DNA from: an uncultured Pseudomonadota bacterium
GTDB lineage: Bacteria; Babelota; Babeliae; Babelales; RVW-14
Direction of reading: 5' to 3'
Assembly: GCA_964519365.1 (NCBI GenBank)
Contig: CAZFHP010000001.1
Span: 3-64,002, forward strand
Length of the DNA: 64,000 bases
A program made the translations under genes and the position numbers. This document shows, in pieces, positions 7,730 through 15,825 of this stretch (position 1 is its first letter; each line of letters begins with the position of its first letter). The notes beneath the pieces were generated by a model. It ran no database searches. It saw only the letters and a list, made by a program, of their open reading frames with translations, and had not been told where the DNA came from.

Positions 7730-8887
7730 TCATGTTTTTTTGATATCTCTTAAATTTTTACGAACAAAAATTCCTACTTCATCAACAATTAAATAATCTG
7801 GATTGTGCCATGTTAGATGCAATGGGTACATGATTATTTTGTGATTTCCCAATAACTGAGCCACATAGGAAAATCCAGACCCTGCCCGTATTAAACAATC
7901 AAACTGCGTCATAGCAAACAAATCTTGCAACGCACGTACTTGTTTTTTTCTACACGCAAAAGTAATATTCGATTTATCAACATGTGTTTTTATTCTTTCA
8001 AGAATCGCCCTAGGCTCTTTAGTATCTGTGAAAAGATATACATACATGGGAACGTTATCTAACAAATCAGAAAGTTTTTTTATCTGGTCAACGTAATACT
8101 GCTCTGTAGGAAACTTATCAAGCCATATTTTATCTGCAGAATTTCTCTGCGCTATATTCGTATAATCACATGTTGTAATGCTTTTTAAGCTATCCTGTAG
8201 ATCCCCAAGTTCTTTATACGCAACGTTATATCGATTGCTATCATAATACTGGCGAGCACATAATTGTGGATCATAAGCACTTCCCTTGCGCAAATGAACA
8301 GCTACTGTTACTCGATCTTTCGGTAATTTTTCTTTTTCTACAGGAACCATTGGTTGCACCATGGCCTTTAATTTTTTCCCAAAAACAGGATCTTGAATTG
8401 TTAGCTCATAAAGCACAGAATTAACCCATGCACAGTCTTCACGATCAAGACCACTATGCGCAGCAATATGTTCATTTAATCTCGTATTGATATGGGCAAC
8501 AAAGCGGGTTGGCTTATCTAATTTTCTTAGCGCCTGAACAAGCATGTCTTCTGAATCAATATAAATTAATTTCCCAAATAACTTATAAAAGACCCGATAC
8601 ACAAAGTACGACAAACTTGTGTATTTTTTTTCACACGAAATTTTTATTTTTTCTGAACCTTTAAATGGAATAAATCTAAATGGGATATTATATTTGTGTG
8701 AAAGCCATTTTGTTTTAGCACAGGCTATTACTTGATCCCCAAAGCGCCCTCCACCAAGATTATTTACAATAATAATTGTCTTATTTTTTAGATTTATTGC
8801 AACAAATAGTCCCCCTACAAAAATACCCGAAACAACAATCAAACTAATTATTTTTAGCCAAAAACGTTTCTTCATAAATTCTCCCAT
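7730..8887 (-). CDS. N-terminally anchored putative glycosyltransferase (fucosyltransferase-like), paralog 1 of 3
   Basis: Same architecture and conserved blocks as 5420..6574 and 6589..7719. The start may be MKKRF at 8875. Confidence 0.45.
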   Translation of the reverse strand: MGEFMKKRFWLKIISLIVVSGIFVGGLFVAINLKNKTIIIVNNLGGGRFGDQVIACAKTKWLSHKYNIPFRFIPFKGSEKIKISCEKKYTSLSYFVYRVFYKLFGKLIYIDSEDMLVQALRKLDKPTRFVAHINTRLNEHIAAHSGLDREDCAWVNSVLYELTIQDPVFGKKLKAMVQPMVPVEKEKLPKDRVTVAVHLRKGSAYDPQLCARQYYDSNRYNVAYKELGDLQDSLKSITTCDYTNIAQRNSADKIWLDKFPTEQYYVDQIKKLSDLLDNVPMYVYLFTDTKEPRAILERIKTHVDKSNITFACRKKQVRALQDLFAMTQFDCLIRAGSGFSYVAQLLGNHKIIMYPLHLTWHNPDYLIVDEVGIFVRKNLRDIKKT

Positions 8888-8975
8888 AAAATTACTGACT
8901 TAAAAATTTTATCACTTGTGCAAAATTTTGATACATTTAAATTTTATAAAACATGATACCAAAGAAAGTCATGCC

Positions 8976-10352
8976 ATGCATTCAAATCTATCTCTTGCAA
9001 TTAAAAAAAATTATTGGTTTTTGCTGCTCTCAACACTTATCGCATTATGTATTAGAGTTCTCTGGTTTGCGAGCTACACACAACATGAAAATTATAGAAT
9101 TACTATTGACTCAGGGCAATATCAAGAAGTCGCCCTTCAAGTCGCACAAAAAAATCAACTTACCAAGCAAGACGGCTCTCCTAATTTCTTTAGGCTCCCA
9201 GCTTACCCACTTTTCTTGGGCACCTTCTATAAAATCTTTGGACACAAGCCACAAAAAACTCTCTGTATCCAAGTTATTTTGTCAACGTTTGTTATCCCAT
9301 TAATATTTGCATTATCACACACACTCTCTCCTAATATTCTTGTTGTTTCTAAAATAGCAACGCTTGCTGCTGCGCTACACCCAGGGTTTATTCTCTTTTC
9401 AGGAATGCAATCAACTGAAACGCTCTTTCTTCTGTTCTTTCTCTTATTTTTGATATTCTTTTTTCAGGGTATCAAAAATAATCGATTATCATATTTTTGC
9501 ATAGCAGGGCTTTCGCTTGCCGTTGCATCACTTTTTCGCGCGTTTGGGCACTTTGTACTTATTCTTTCACTTATTTTGCTCTTCTTACTTTTTGCCCAAA
9601 AGATTCTTCGACGCTTATCCGCAGCCAGTATTCTTACTTCCAGCTGGCTTGCTCTTTTTGGGCTCTGGCTCGCTCGCAATTATATACTTACTGGGTTTAT
9701 TTTCGTACACACGCTCACAGGCCAACACTTTTTACGATACAACGCCGTTCATATCCTTATGGACGTTAAAAAAACAAGTTGGCAAGAGCCACACGCAGAA
9801 CTTTTTGCATTAAGAGATACACTTGCAAAACAACAAGAAACAAGAATGGGAAGAAAACTGCTTGAAATAGAACGTGATAACATTGCGCTCAAGATAGCCC
9901 AAGGCGTCATAAAAAAGCACCCATATCTTGCGCTTAAACACGCGAGCAAAAACGTCTTGCGAACAATATTTTCTTTGCACTCGCTTAAACTCTTTCAGCT
10001 ACCATCTGAAACTATTTTCACAGCACAAACATCGTTTTGGTTTAAACTGAAAAAATATCTTTCTTGTCTTAAGACCTACCCATTTATTATTTTATTTCTT
10101 TTATGGGACATGCTTTTTAGCTTTTTACTTTTCTTGGGAATCATATTTTTTGTGTTTTTTAGTTTCAAAAATAAGAATCTTTGGAAAATTTGGCTCGCAA
10201 CATTCCCATTTATCACACTGCTTTTAGGCATTACGCTCTCTTATGGCGAGGCCAGACTACGCTTCCCAGCAGAGCCATTTCTAATTATACTCGCATCATA
10301 TGGGCTCTACCAGGCGTATTTCACCTACAAAAAACATCTAAGTTACAGGTAA
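8976..10352 (+). CDS. GT-C fold membrane glycosyltransferase (ArnT / PMT / GT39-GT83-like)
   Basis: About 11 hydrophobic segments. The N-terminal loop DSGQYQEVA...FFRLPAYPLFLG is typical of the ArnT/dolichyl-phosphate-mannose transferase family. An ATG at 8976 is likelier than the track start 8916. Confidence 0.6.
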   Translation: MHSNLSLAIKKNYWFLLLSTLIALCIRVLWFASYTQHENYRITIDSGQYQEVALQVAQKNQLTKQDGSPNFFRLPAYPLFLGTFYKIFGHKPQKTLCIQVILSTFVIPLIFALSHTLSPNILVVSKIATLAAALHPGFILFSGMQSTETLFLLFFLLFLIFFFQGIKNNRLSYFCIAGLSLAVASLFRAFGHFVLILSLILLFLLFAQKILRRLSAASILTSSWLALFGLWLARNYILTGFIFVHTLTGQHFLRYNAVHILMDVKKTSWQEPHAELFALRDTLAKQQETRMGRKLLEIERDNIALKIAQGVIKKHPYLALKHASKNVLRTIFSLHSLKLFQLPSETIFTAQTSFWFKLKKYLSCLKTYPFIILFLLWDMLFSFLLFLGIIFFVFFSFKNKNLWKIWLATFPFITLLLGITLSYGEARLRFPAEPFLIILASYGLYQAYFTYKKHLSYR

Positions 10353-10386
10353 TTTATACACATAGTCCCTTAAATTTAAAAATACT

Positions 10387-10415
10387 TTGACTAAAACATC
10401 TTTTTATTTTAATCT
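10387..10415 (+). promoter_or_regulatory. candidate sigma70-type promoter for the tRNA-Val/tRNA-Asn unit
   Basis: TTGACT, then a 17-nt spacer, then TAATCT, about 65 nt upstream of tRNA-Val. Confidence 0.35.
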
Positions 10416-10479
10416 TTTCTTCGTTAGGAGGGCAGGTTTAGGCGCCTTTGATTTCGGCCAAATCGCTGCTCTTTATGAC

Positions 10480-10556
10480 GGGCGAATAGCTCAGCTGGTT
10501 AGAGCACCTGCCTTACAAGCAGGGGGTCACAGGTTCGAATCCTGTTTCGCCCACCA
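10480..10556 (+). tRNA. tRNA-Val (anticodon UAC), CCA encoded
   Basis: Cloverleaf read by eye. Acceptor GGGCGAA/TTCGCCC, anticodon arm CCTGC-CTTACAA-GCAGG, T arm ACAGG-TTCGAAT-CCTGT, then A-CCA. Confidence 0.9.
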
Positions 10557-10599
10557 TACTACGCCCTCGCTTCGCTCCTGGCTACGTATGGCAGGCCAT
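10555..10599 (+). repeat. GC-rich element immediately 3' of tRNA-Val
   Basis: CATACTACGCCCTCGC...GCTACGTATGGCAGGCCAT. Both of its ends match the element that follows tRNA-Asn. Confidence 0.4.
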
Positions 10600-10641
10600 T
10601 TTAAAACGATGGTCACATTTTGAAAGTTCTAAAAAATTCGT

Positions 10642-10717
10642 TCCCCGATAGCTCAGTTGGTAGAGCAAACGACTGTTAATCGTTGGGTCACAGGTTCGAG
10701 TCCTGTTCGGGGAGCCA
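10642..10717 (+). tRNA. tRNA-Asn (anticodon GUU), CCA encoded
   Basis: Acceptor TCCCCGA/TCGGGGA, anticodon arm AACGA-CTGTTAA-TCGTT, T arm ACAGG-TTCGAGT-CCTGT, then G-CCA. Confidence 0.9.
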
Positions 10718-10774
10718 TCCTACGCTCTGCGCCCTATCGGGCTTGTAGCTACGGATGGCAGGCCATCCTACGCC
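10716..10774 (+). repeat. GC-rich element immediately 3' of tRNA-Asn, bounded by an 11-nt direct repeat
   Basis: CATCCTACGCTCTGCG...GCTACGGATGGCAGGCCAT. CCATCCTACGC occurs at 10715-10725 and again at 10763-10773. There is a small hairpin GGATGG-CAGG-CCATCC. Confidence 0.4.
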
Positions 10775-10844
10775 AGGTTACTTCTGGAGGGACTAGACAT
10801 CGATGTAATACTAGCCACCCAGAATCTATATACCCAGGTAACTT

Positions 10845-11087
10845 ATGTATTATGTTTATATCTTAAGATCAATCGCTCATCCAGAAAAAATATATGTTGG
10901 TTATACCAAAAATATTCCACAACGAATCAATCTTCACAATAATGGTAAATCAACATATTCTGCTAAGTTTAAACCTTGGAAATTACACAACTATCTCACT
11001 TTCCAAGAAGAATCAAAAGCTATTGCCTTTGAAAAATATTTAAAGACAGGATCAGGAAAAGCTTTTGCAAAAAAATATTTTTTATAA
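10845..11087 (+). CDS. GIY-YIG nuclease family protein (small stand-alone, UPF0213-like)
   Basis: MYYVYILRS...KIYVGYTKNIPQRINLHNNG...E..A...E..LK matches the GIY-(x10)-YIG core. Confidence 0.8.
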   Translation: MYYVYILRSIAHPEKIYVGYTKNIPQRINLHNNGKSTYSAKFKPWKLHNYLTFQEESKAIAFEKYLKTGSGKAFAKKYFL

Positions 11088-11103
11088 ATTAAGGTGTTAT
11101 ACT

Positions 11104-11454
11104 ATGACCAATTTTATTCCCTTTTCTCAAACCCAGATTAAACATAACGGTTCTTCATGCACCGTAAACGAATACATCTTCAATCAACCGTCCATTGATA
11201 TTGCACAAGCAATAATCAAAAATAGATATCCACTTGAACACAACAAAAAATCTGTCAATCTTACCTGCGATCTTATCTATTATGTTCTTGAAGGACAATG
11301 CATTGTTCACACAGAACAAAAAAGCTACACACTCAACCCACACGATGCTCTGTTTATCACTCATGAAAATTGGTATTGGGTTGAAAGTACATACGTTAAA
11401 CTCTTAGTTATATCAACACCACAATGGAGTGCTAAACAATACAAAGAAATTTAG
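11104..11454 (+). CDS. cupin domain protein
   Basis: YVLEGQCIVHTEQKSYTLNPHDALFITHENWYWVE has a beta-barrel cupin pattern. AAGGTG lies upstream of the ATG at 11104. Confidence 0.5.
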   Translation: MTNFIPFSQTQIKHNGSSCTVNEYIFNQPSIDIAQAIIKNRYPLEHNKKSVNLTCDLIYYVLEGQCIVHTEQKSYTLNPHDALFITHENWYWVESTYVKLLVISTPQWSAKQYKEI

Positions 11455-11463
11455 GAAACAAGT

Positions 11464-12186
11464 ATGAATAGGACAGACCCAATAATCACGGTTATTTATG
11501 ACAATAACCCCTATAAAGAAAATCTAAAAACTGCATGGGGGTTTGCATGTCTTGTTCAAATAGCTCAAAACAATATTCTTTTTGATACCGGAGGAGAGGG
11601 GGATCTTTTATTAGAAAACATGAGAAAACTCAACATTGATCCTTCATTGATAAATATTGTTGTTATTTCACACGCTCATTGGGACCATATGGGTGGATTG
11701 GAAACGTTTTTAAATAAAAATTCCAATGTTACCGTTTATCTTCCAAGCTCTTCCCCAACAACACTTAAAGATATGGTCCGAAATAAAGGAGCAAAGATCG
11801 TTGAAATAAAAAACGATTATGCGATTTGTGAACATGTCATGACTACTGGTGAACTTGATAGCGACAAATTAAAAGAACAAGCTCTGGTAGTAGACAGTCA
11901 AAAGGGGTCCATAATAATAACTGGCTGTGCCCACCCAAAAATCATAAAAATAATAGAGAAAGCCAAAGAAATAGGCAAACAAAATATATTTTTTGTAATG
12001 GGCGGATTCCATTTTTATAAAACGCCCCCCGAAACTGTAAATAAGATTATAGCCAACTTTAAACAACTTAATGTTCAAAAAGTTAGTCCTTGCCATTGCT
12101 CCGGAGAGCAAGCTCAAGAATTATTTAAGAAAAATTATAACGAAAATTATCTACATGTTGGTGTAGGAAAAGTAATAACCCCCTAA
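11464..12186 (+). CDS. MBL-fold metallo-hydrolase (COG1237-like)
   Basis: Metallo-beta-lactamase motif VVISHAHWDHMGGL, plus downstream GCAHP and CHC ligand-like residues. Confidence 0.75.
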   Translation: MNRTDPIITVIYDNNPYKENLKTAWGFACLVQIAQNNILFDTGGEGDLLLENMRKLNIDPSLINIVVISHAHWDHMGGLETFLNKNSNVTVYLPSSSPTTLKDMVRNKGAKIVEIKNDYAICEHVMTTGELDSDKLKEQALVVDSQKGSIIITGCAHPKIIKIIEKAKEIGKQNIFFVMGGFHFYKTPPETVNKIIANFKQLNVQKVSPCHCSGEQAQELFKKNYNENYLHVGVGKVITP

Positions 12187-12194
12187 TTACGAAG

Positions 12195-12229
12195 AAGAGG
12201 TTCTTTCTACAAGATAGAAAGAACCTCTT
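12195..12229. terminator. bidirectional intrinsic terminator hairpin between convergent genes
   Basis: Perfect 14-bp stem AAGAGGTTCTTTCT / AGAAAGAACCTCTT with a 7-nt loop, followed by AATTTT. Confidence 0.7.
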
Positions 12230-12233
12230 AATT

Positions 12234-12434
12234 TTAGCTTTTTTTCAACATGGGAAGGCCTGTTCTTTGGTTCTCAATAACTTCATAGCCTTCAGGTAAA
12301 GCGTCAAGCGCATTTTCCTTTATTTCTCCGGCGAAATAAAAGATTTTTTGAAGTCTGTCACCTTTAAGTTTTACTTCTTTTGAATGCAAATAATACGTCT
12401 TCCCACTTTTTTTAGATTTAACGCTATAGGCCAT
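12234..12434 (-). CDS. small conserved hypothetical protein (66 aa)
   Basis: ATG ORF MAYSVKSKKSGKTYYLHSKEVKLKG...IFYFAG... with a terminator downstream. I assign no family confidently. Confidence 0.45.
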   Translation of the reverse strand: MAYSVKSKKSGKTYYLHSKEVKLKGDRLQKIFYFAGEIKENALDALPEGYEVIENQRTGLPMLKKS

Positions 12435-12672
12435 GAAATCTCCTTCATATTCTAAACAAACAATTATATCTCATAAAACAACACAACAAAGAGTGTACCC
12501 GTAATATTAAAGTATAGCACATAAAAAAATCAATGGTGCTATTTATTAAAACGCATAACACTGCATTACCGGAACAAAGAAGATCTTGCCACTGAAGCGA
12601 TTAAAGCATTCAAAGAAAAGAATTTACACAAAACTGTCATATATACACGTCATGGCGCACAAACAAAAAAGT

Positions 12673-13158
12673 TTACTGTAATTCTTTCCAAATACCCGAA
12701 GCATCTTTTTGCTGTGTGATAACTTTTTTGACAGCGGCTCTTGGAATTTTCTGAGTTCCATATAAATGTGGAAACTTTTCACCCCCAGGCTTATTAGGCT
12801 CAACCCGAAGCACCGATCCATTATTTTGTAGCATTTTCAAATCAATCTCAAGAACTAAAACGCGCTGAACATTCTTGAAGAATTTTTGCAAAATATGAGC
12901 AACCTGATTCTTGTAAGCCAAATGTATAAATCCAGAATTAAGATCCAATGGCGATCTTTTTATACAATTTTCGATATTTTTTTCATCAAAATCAACAATC
13001 GGAACAATTTTATAAAGAACCCCTGAGTTCTTACGATCAATCTTTTTTTCACATTTATTGCTTTTAAAAAGCTTAGCTAAAAGCTTACAGCCAGGGAAAA
13101 TAGCTAGCATCATAATAAAGCTTATTAGCTTTACAAAAAATTCAAATTGTCTATTCAT
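12673..13158 (-). CDS. DUF952 family protein with N-terminal hydrophobic segment
   Basis: GFIHLAYKNQV...VLVLEIDLKML...VEPNKPGGEKFPHLYGT.KIP..AV matches the DUF952 pattern (FIHLS...FPHLYG). Confidence 0.6.
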   Translation of the reverse strand: MNRQFEFFVKLISFIMMLAIFPGCKLLAKLFKSNKCEKKIDRKNSGVLYKIVPIVDFDEKNIENCIKRSPLDLNSGFIHLAYKNQVAHILQKFFKNVQRVLVLEIDLKMLQNNGSVLRVEPNKPGGEKFPHLYGTQKIPRAAVKKVITQQKDASGIWKELQ

Positions 13159-13415
13159 AAGATTTCTTTCGAATATCTTTATATATTTTTTTAAAAAACT
13201 ACATAAATCTACCTGTTTAAAGTATCATATAACACGTACATACTCTTAGATCAAATCTCCAAAAAGTTTATTTTAAATTTTTCTTGACCCTCAGGTTACC
13301 TTATCCCTTAAGCTGATATTTAATGAAAACAATTGGCTTGAGCAAGCAGCCAAAGCTTTAAACGGCAAAGAATTTAAAAAATCTTACACAAAAATAAATT
13401 AGGAGAAAAAAAAGT

Positions 13416-13850
13416 ATGAAAGAAGATGTCCCAATTAAAAATGGCATTGTTATTCCAGGCAACGAGATTGAAATAACAGCCAGCAGATCAGGTGGTGCAG
13501 GAGGGCAACATGTTAACAAAACAGATACACGAATAACTGTTCGTTGGAACATAAAAAGCACAAAATCTTTAAACGAAAAACAAAAAGAACGTGTCTTACA
13601 AAACCTACAAGCACAGCTGACAAAAGATGGCGATTTAATTATTCATAACAGCGAATCTCGTAGTCAGCAAAAAAATAAAGAGAATGCCCTTTTGCAACTT
13701 GCTCAAAAAATACGCAAAGCACTTCATGTTCCCAAGAAACGCAAAAAAACACGTGTTCCAAAATCAGTCAAAGAAGCTCGGTTGCGAGCAAAAACACATC
13801 GAAGCGAAATTAAAAAAATGCGTAAAATCAAAGAACAGGATTATGAATAG
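13416..13850 (+). CDS. arfB: alternative ribosome-rescue factor ArfB (peptidyl-tRNA hydrolase, GGQ domain)
   Basis: SRSGGAGGQHVNKTDTRITVRW GGQ motif. About 140 aa with a basic C-terminal tail, KKRKKTRVPKSVKEARLRAKTHRSEIKKMR. Confidence 0.85.
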   Translation: MKEDVPIKNGIVIPGNEIEITASRSGGAGGQHVNKTDTRITVRWNIKSTKSLNEKQKERVLQNLQAQLTKDGDLIIHNSESRSQQKNKENALLQLAQKIRKALHVPKKRKKTRVPKSVKEARLRAKTHRSEIKKMRKIKEQDYE

Positions 13851-13937
13851 TCGCATTTGATTTATAACAAGACTAAGTTACAATAATCATATAAATAAAC
13901 TAGGCGTTATGGTGCTATTATAAATCACGGAACCCCT

Positions 13938-14798
13938 ATGAAAATCTACAAAAAATACATGGAAGTTTGGCGGGAAGGAAAAAGTTGTGCAGGCTTCTCT
14001 TCACGGCTGCCAGACTATGCAATTTATTTTTGGCTCAAATGTTTTGAAAAAGCAATCACGCTATCCCCAAAAGGGAAATTTCTAGACATCGGCGCTGGCG
14101 ATGGTCGCTTAAGTCAATTATTACTGCATCAGTATAGTCAAGAAGGCGTTGCTATAGAAGTTCAAGTAAACCAAGAAAAATGGGATCCTATTTTAAAACA
14201 ATATCCAGGATTTGAATTAAAAGCCGGCTTATGCCAAGATTGGCTTAAAAAACTCCAGGGAACGTATGTATTTGATTTCGTGATTCTTATTGAGTTTTTT
14301 GAACACTTACCACCAGAAGAAGCACTCCCGTTTTTAAAACAACTTAATAAAGTAATAGCTAACAATGGCATGCTCTTCTTAACAACGCCCAACAGAATCG
14401 TTCAAGGGCCCGCAGAACAAAGTCCCATTTGGCATGAAAAGCAACCATACGGACATCACAAACATTACACATATCAAGAATTAAAAGATCTTTTAGCACG
14501 AGCTGGTTTTTCCATTCAATGGCACGGCTTTGAATGTCATTGGATCAAAACAAAATTTTACAATAAACTATTTTACCCAATATCTAAGCTTGATGCTCGC
14601 TTGTCTGGATCACAGAAGCTTCCAGCATGGTTACGAAAAACTTATAGTTTTGTAACGATACCTGTAGTATTAGCAATACGAGCTTTCTTCTGGACGTTAG
14701 CAAAAGCTATTTATTTTGTCGAAAAAAATTATGGCAATCAAAACTCATCTGGAACAATAATGCTCTTGGCTCAACAAAAACTTGAAAAAAAAATATGA
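13938..14798 (+). CDS. class I SAM-dependent methyltransferase
   Basis: Motif I FLDIGAGDGRLS, post-I acidic residue, and FDFVILIEFFEHL. The C-terminal part is hydrophobic. Confidence 0.7.
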   Translation: MKIYKKYMEVWREGKSCAGFSSRLPDYAIYFWLKCFEKAITLSPKGKFLDIGAGDGRLSQLLLHQYSQEGVAIEVQVNQEKWDPILKQYPGFELKAGLCQDWLKKLQGTYVFDFVILIEFFEHLPPEEALPFLKQLNKVIANNGMLFLTTPNRIVQGPAEQSPIWHEKQPYGHHKHYTYQELKDLLARAGFSIQWHGFECHWIKTKFYNKLFYPISKLDARLSGSQKLPAWLRKTYSFVTIPVVLAIRAFFWTLAKAIYFVEKNYGNQNSSGTIMLLAQQKLEKKI

Positions 14799-15581
14799 AA
14801 AACATGATCATAGGCTTTATTGGCGGCGGAAAAATGGCCGAAGCCTTAATTGCAGGAATCAAAAAAAACACCCCAAACAAAATAATCGCATCGGATATTT
14901 TAGAAAAACGAAGAAATTACCTTGAAAAGACTTATGACATAACAACTAAGTCAAACCAAGATATTGCAAAAAATTCTGATGTTATAATTTTAGCCGTAAA
15001 ACCACAAAACATGTCGCTTGTTCTTGATGAAATTGTACAGGAGATAACAAGCGATGAAATAATTGTATCAATAGCCGCAGGAATAAAAATCGAATATCTG
15101 CAAAACAAACTTCAAACAAAAAAAAATCGCCCGAGCAATGCCCAACATTCCTGTGCTTGTACGCGCAGGCACAACTGCATTATCTTTTAGTAACGAGCTT
15201 TCAGAAAAAGATATCACCAAAGTCCAAGCGATCTTTTCATCTGTTGGCACAACACTAACCATTCCTGAAACGAGCATGCCTGCAATGTCACCCCTTTCAG
15301 GAAGCAGCCCCGCGTTTATTGCGTTATTTTTAGAAGCACTCATTGACGCTGGTATAAAATATGGTATACCTAAAGAACAAGCACAAACAGCGATTATCAA
15401 TACAATTATTGGCACCTCTGAACTTCTTAAAACAGGCATCAGCCCAAAAGATCTGCGCACAATGGTAACCTCTCCAGAAGGCATTACAGCAGAAGGAATT
15501 AACGTTTTTGAAAACAAAAATCTAAAAAAAATAGTTGCAGATGCACTTAATGCTGCAATAAAAAAAGAAAAGAGCTTTTGA
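14795..15581 (+). pseudogene. proC: pyrroline-5-carboxylate reductase (proC) interrupted by a +1 frameshift in an A9 run
   Basis: The N-terminal half, IGFIGGGKMAEALIAGI...ILAVKPQ...SIAAGI, is ORF 14795..15190. The C-terminal half continues in the next frame as KKIARAMPNIPVLVRAGTTAL...SGSSPAF...TSPEG.T. The frames join at A9, nt 15118-15126. Confidence 0.75.
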
Positions 15582-15825
15582 AATATGAAATTCGGCATAC
15601 ACAAAACAGTTTTTATCTCACTCTTCCTGTGCTTAGCAGGACTTTTAAAAAAACAATTTAATACAGATTTCTATTGCTAAAAATTAAAAAATATATATAA
15701 TTTTCTTTCTTGTTTAGAAATGCAAAAAATAGACAAAAAGAAAAAGTCTCCGGAGCAGGCTTTGAAAATTATTAAAACTCAAAATAGGTTTTTTAAAAAC
15801 CTACAATTAGGGTTTCTGGAAGGCG

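Noticed and set aside
10387-10866. Track ORFs 10387..10623 and 10657..10866.
   Set aside because: They read straight through tRNA-Val, tRNA-Asn and the GC-rich flanks, so they are artefacts of stop-poor GC-rich sequence.
15605-15825. A small ORF, MKFGIHKTVFISLFLCLAGLLKKQFNTDFYC, and an AT-rich hairpin (15785-15803) in the proC-downstream spacer.
   Set aside because: The 31-aa ORF has no convincing lipobox or ribosome-binding site. The hairpin is an 8-bp, largely A/T stem that could arise by chance in AT-rich DNA. Neither is supported well enough to annotate.
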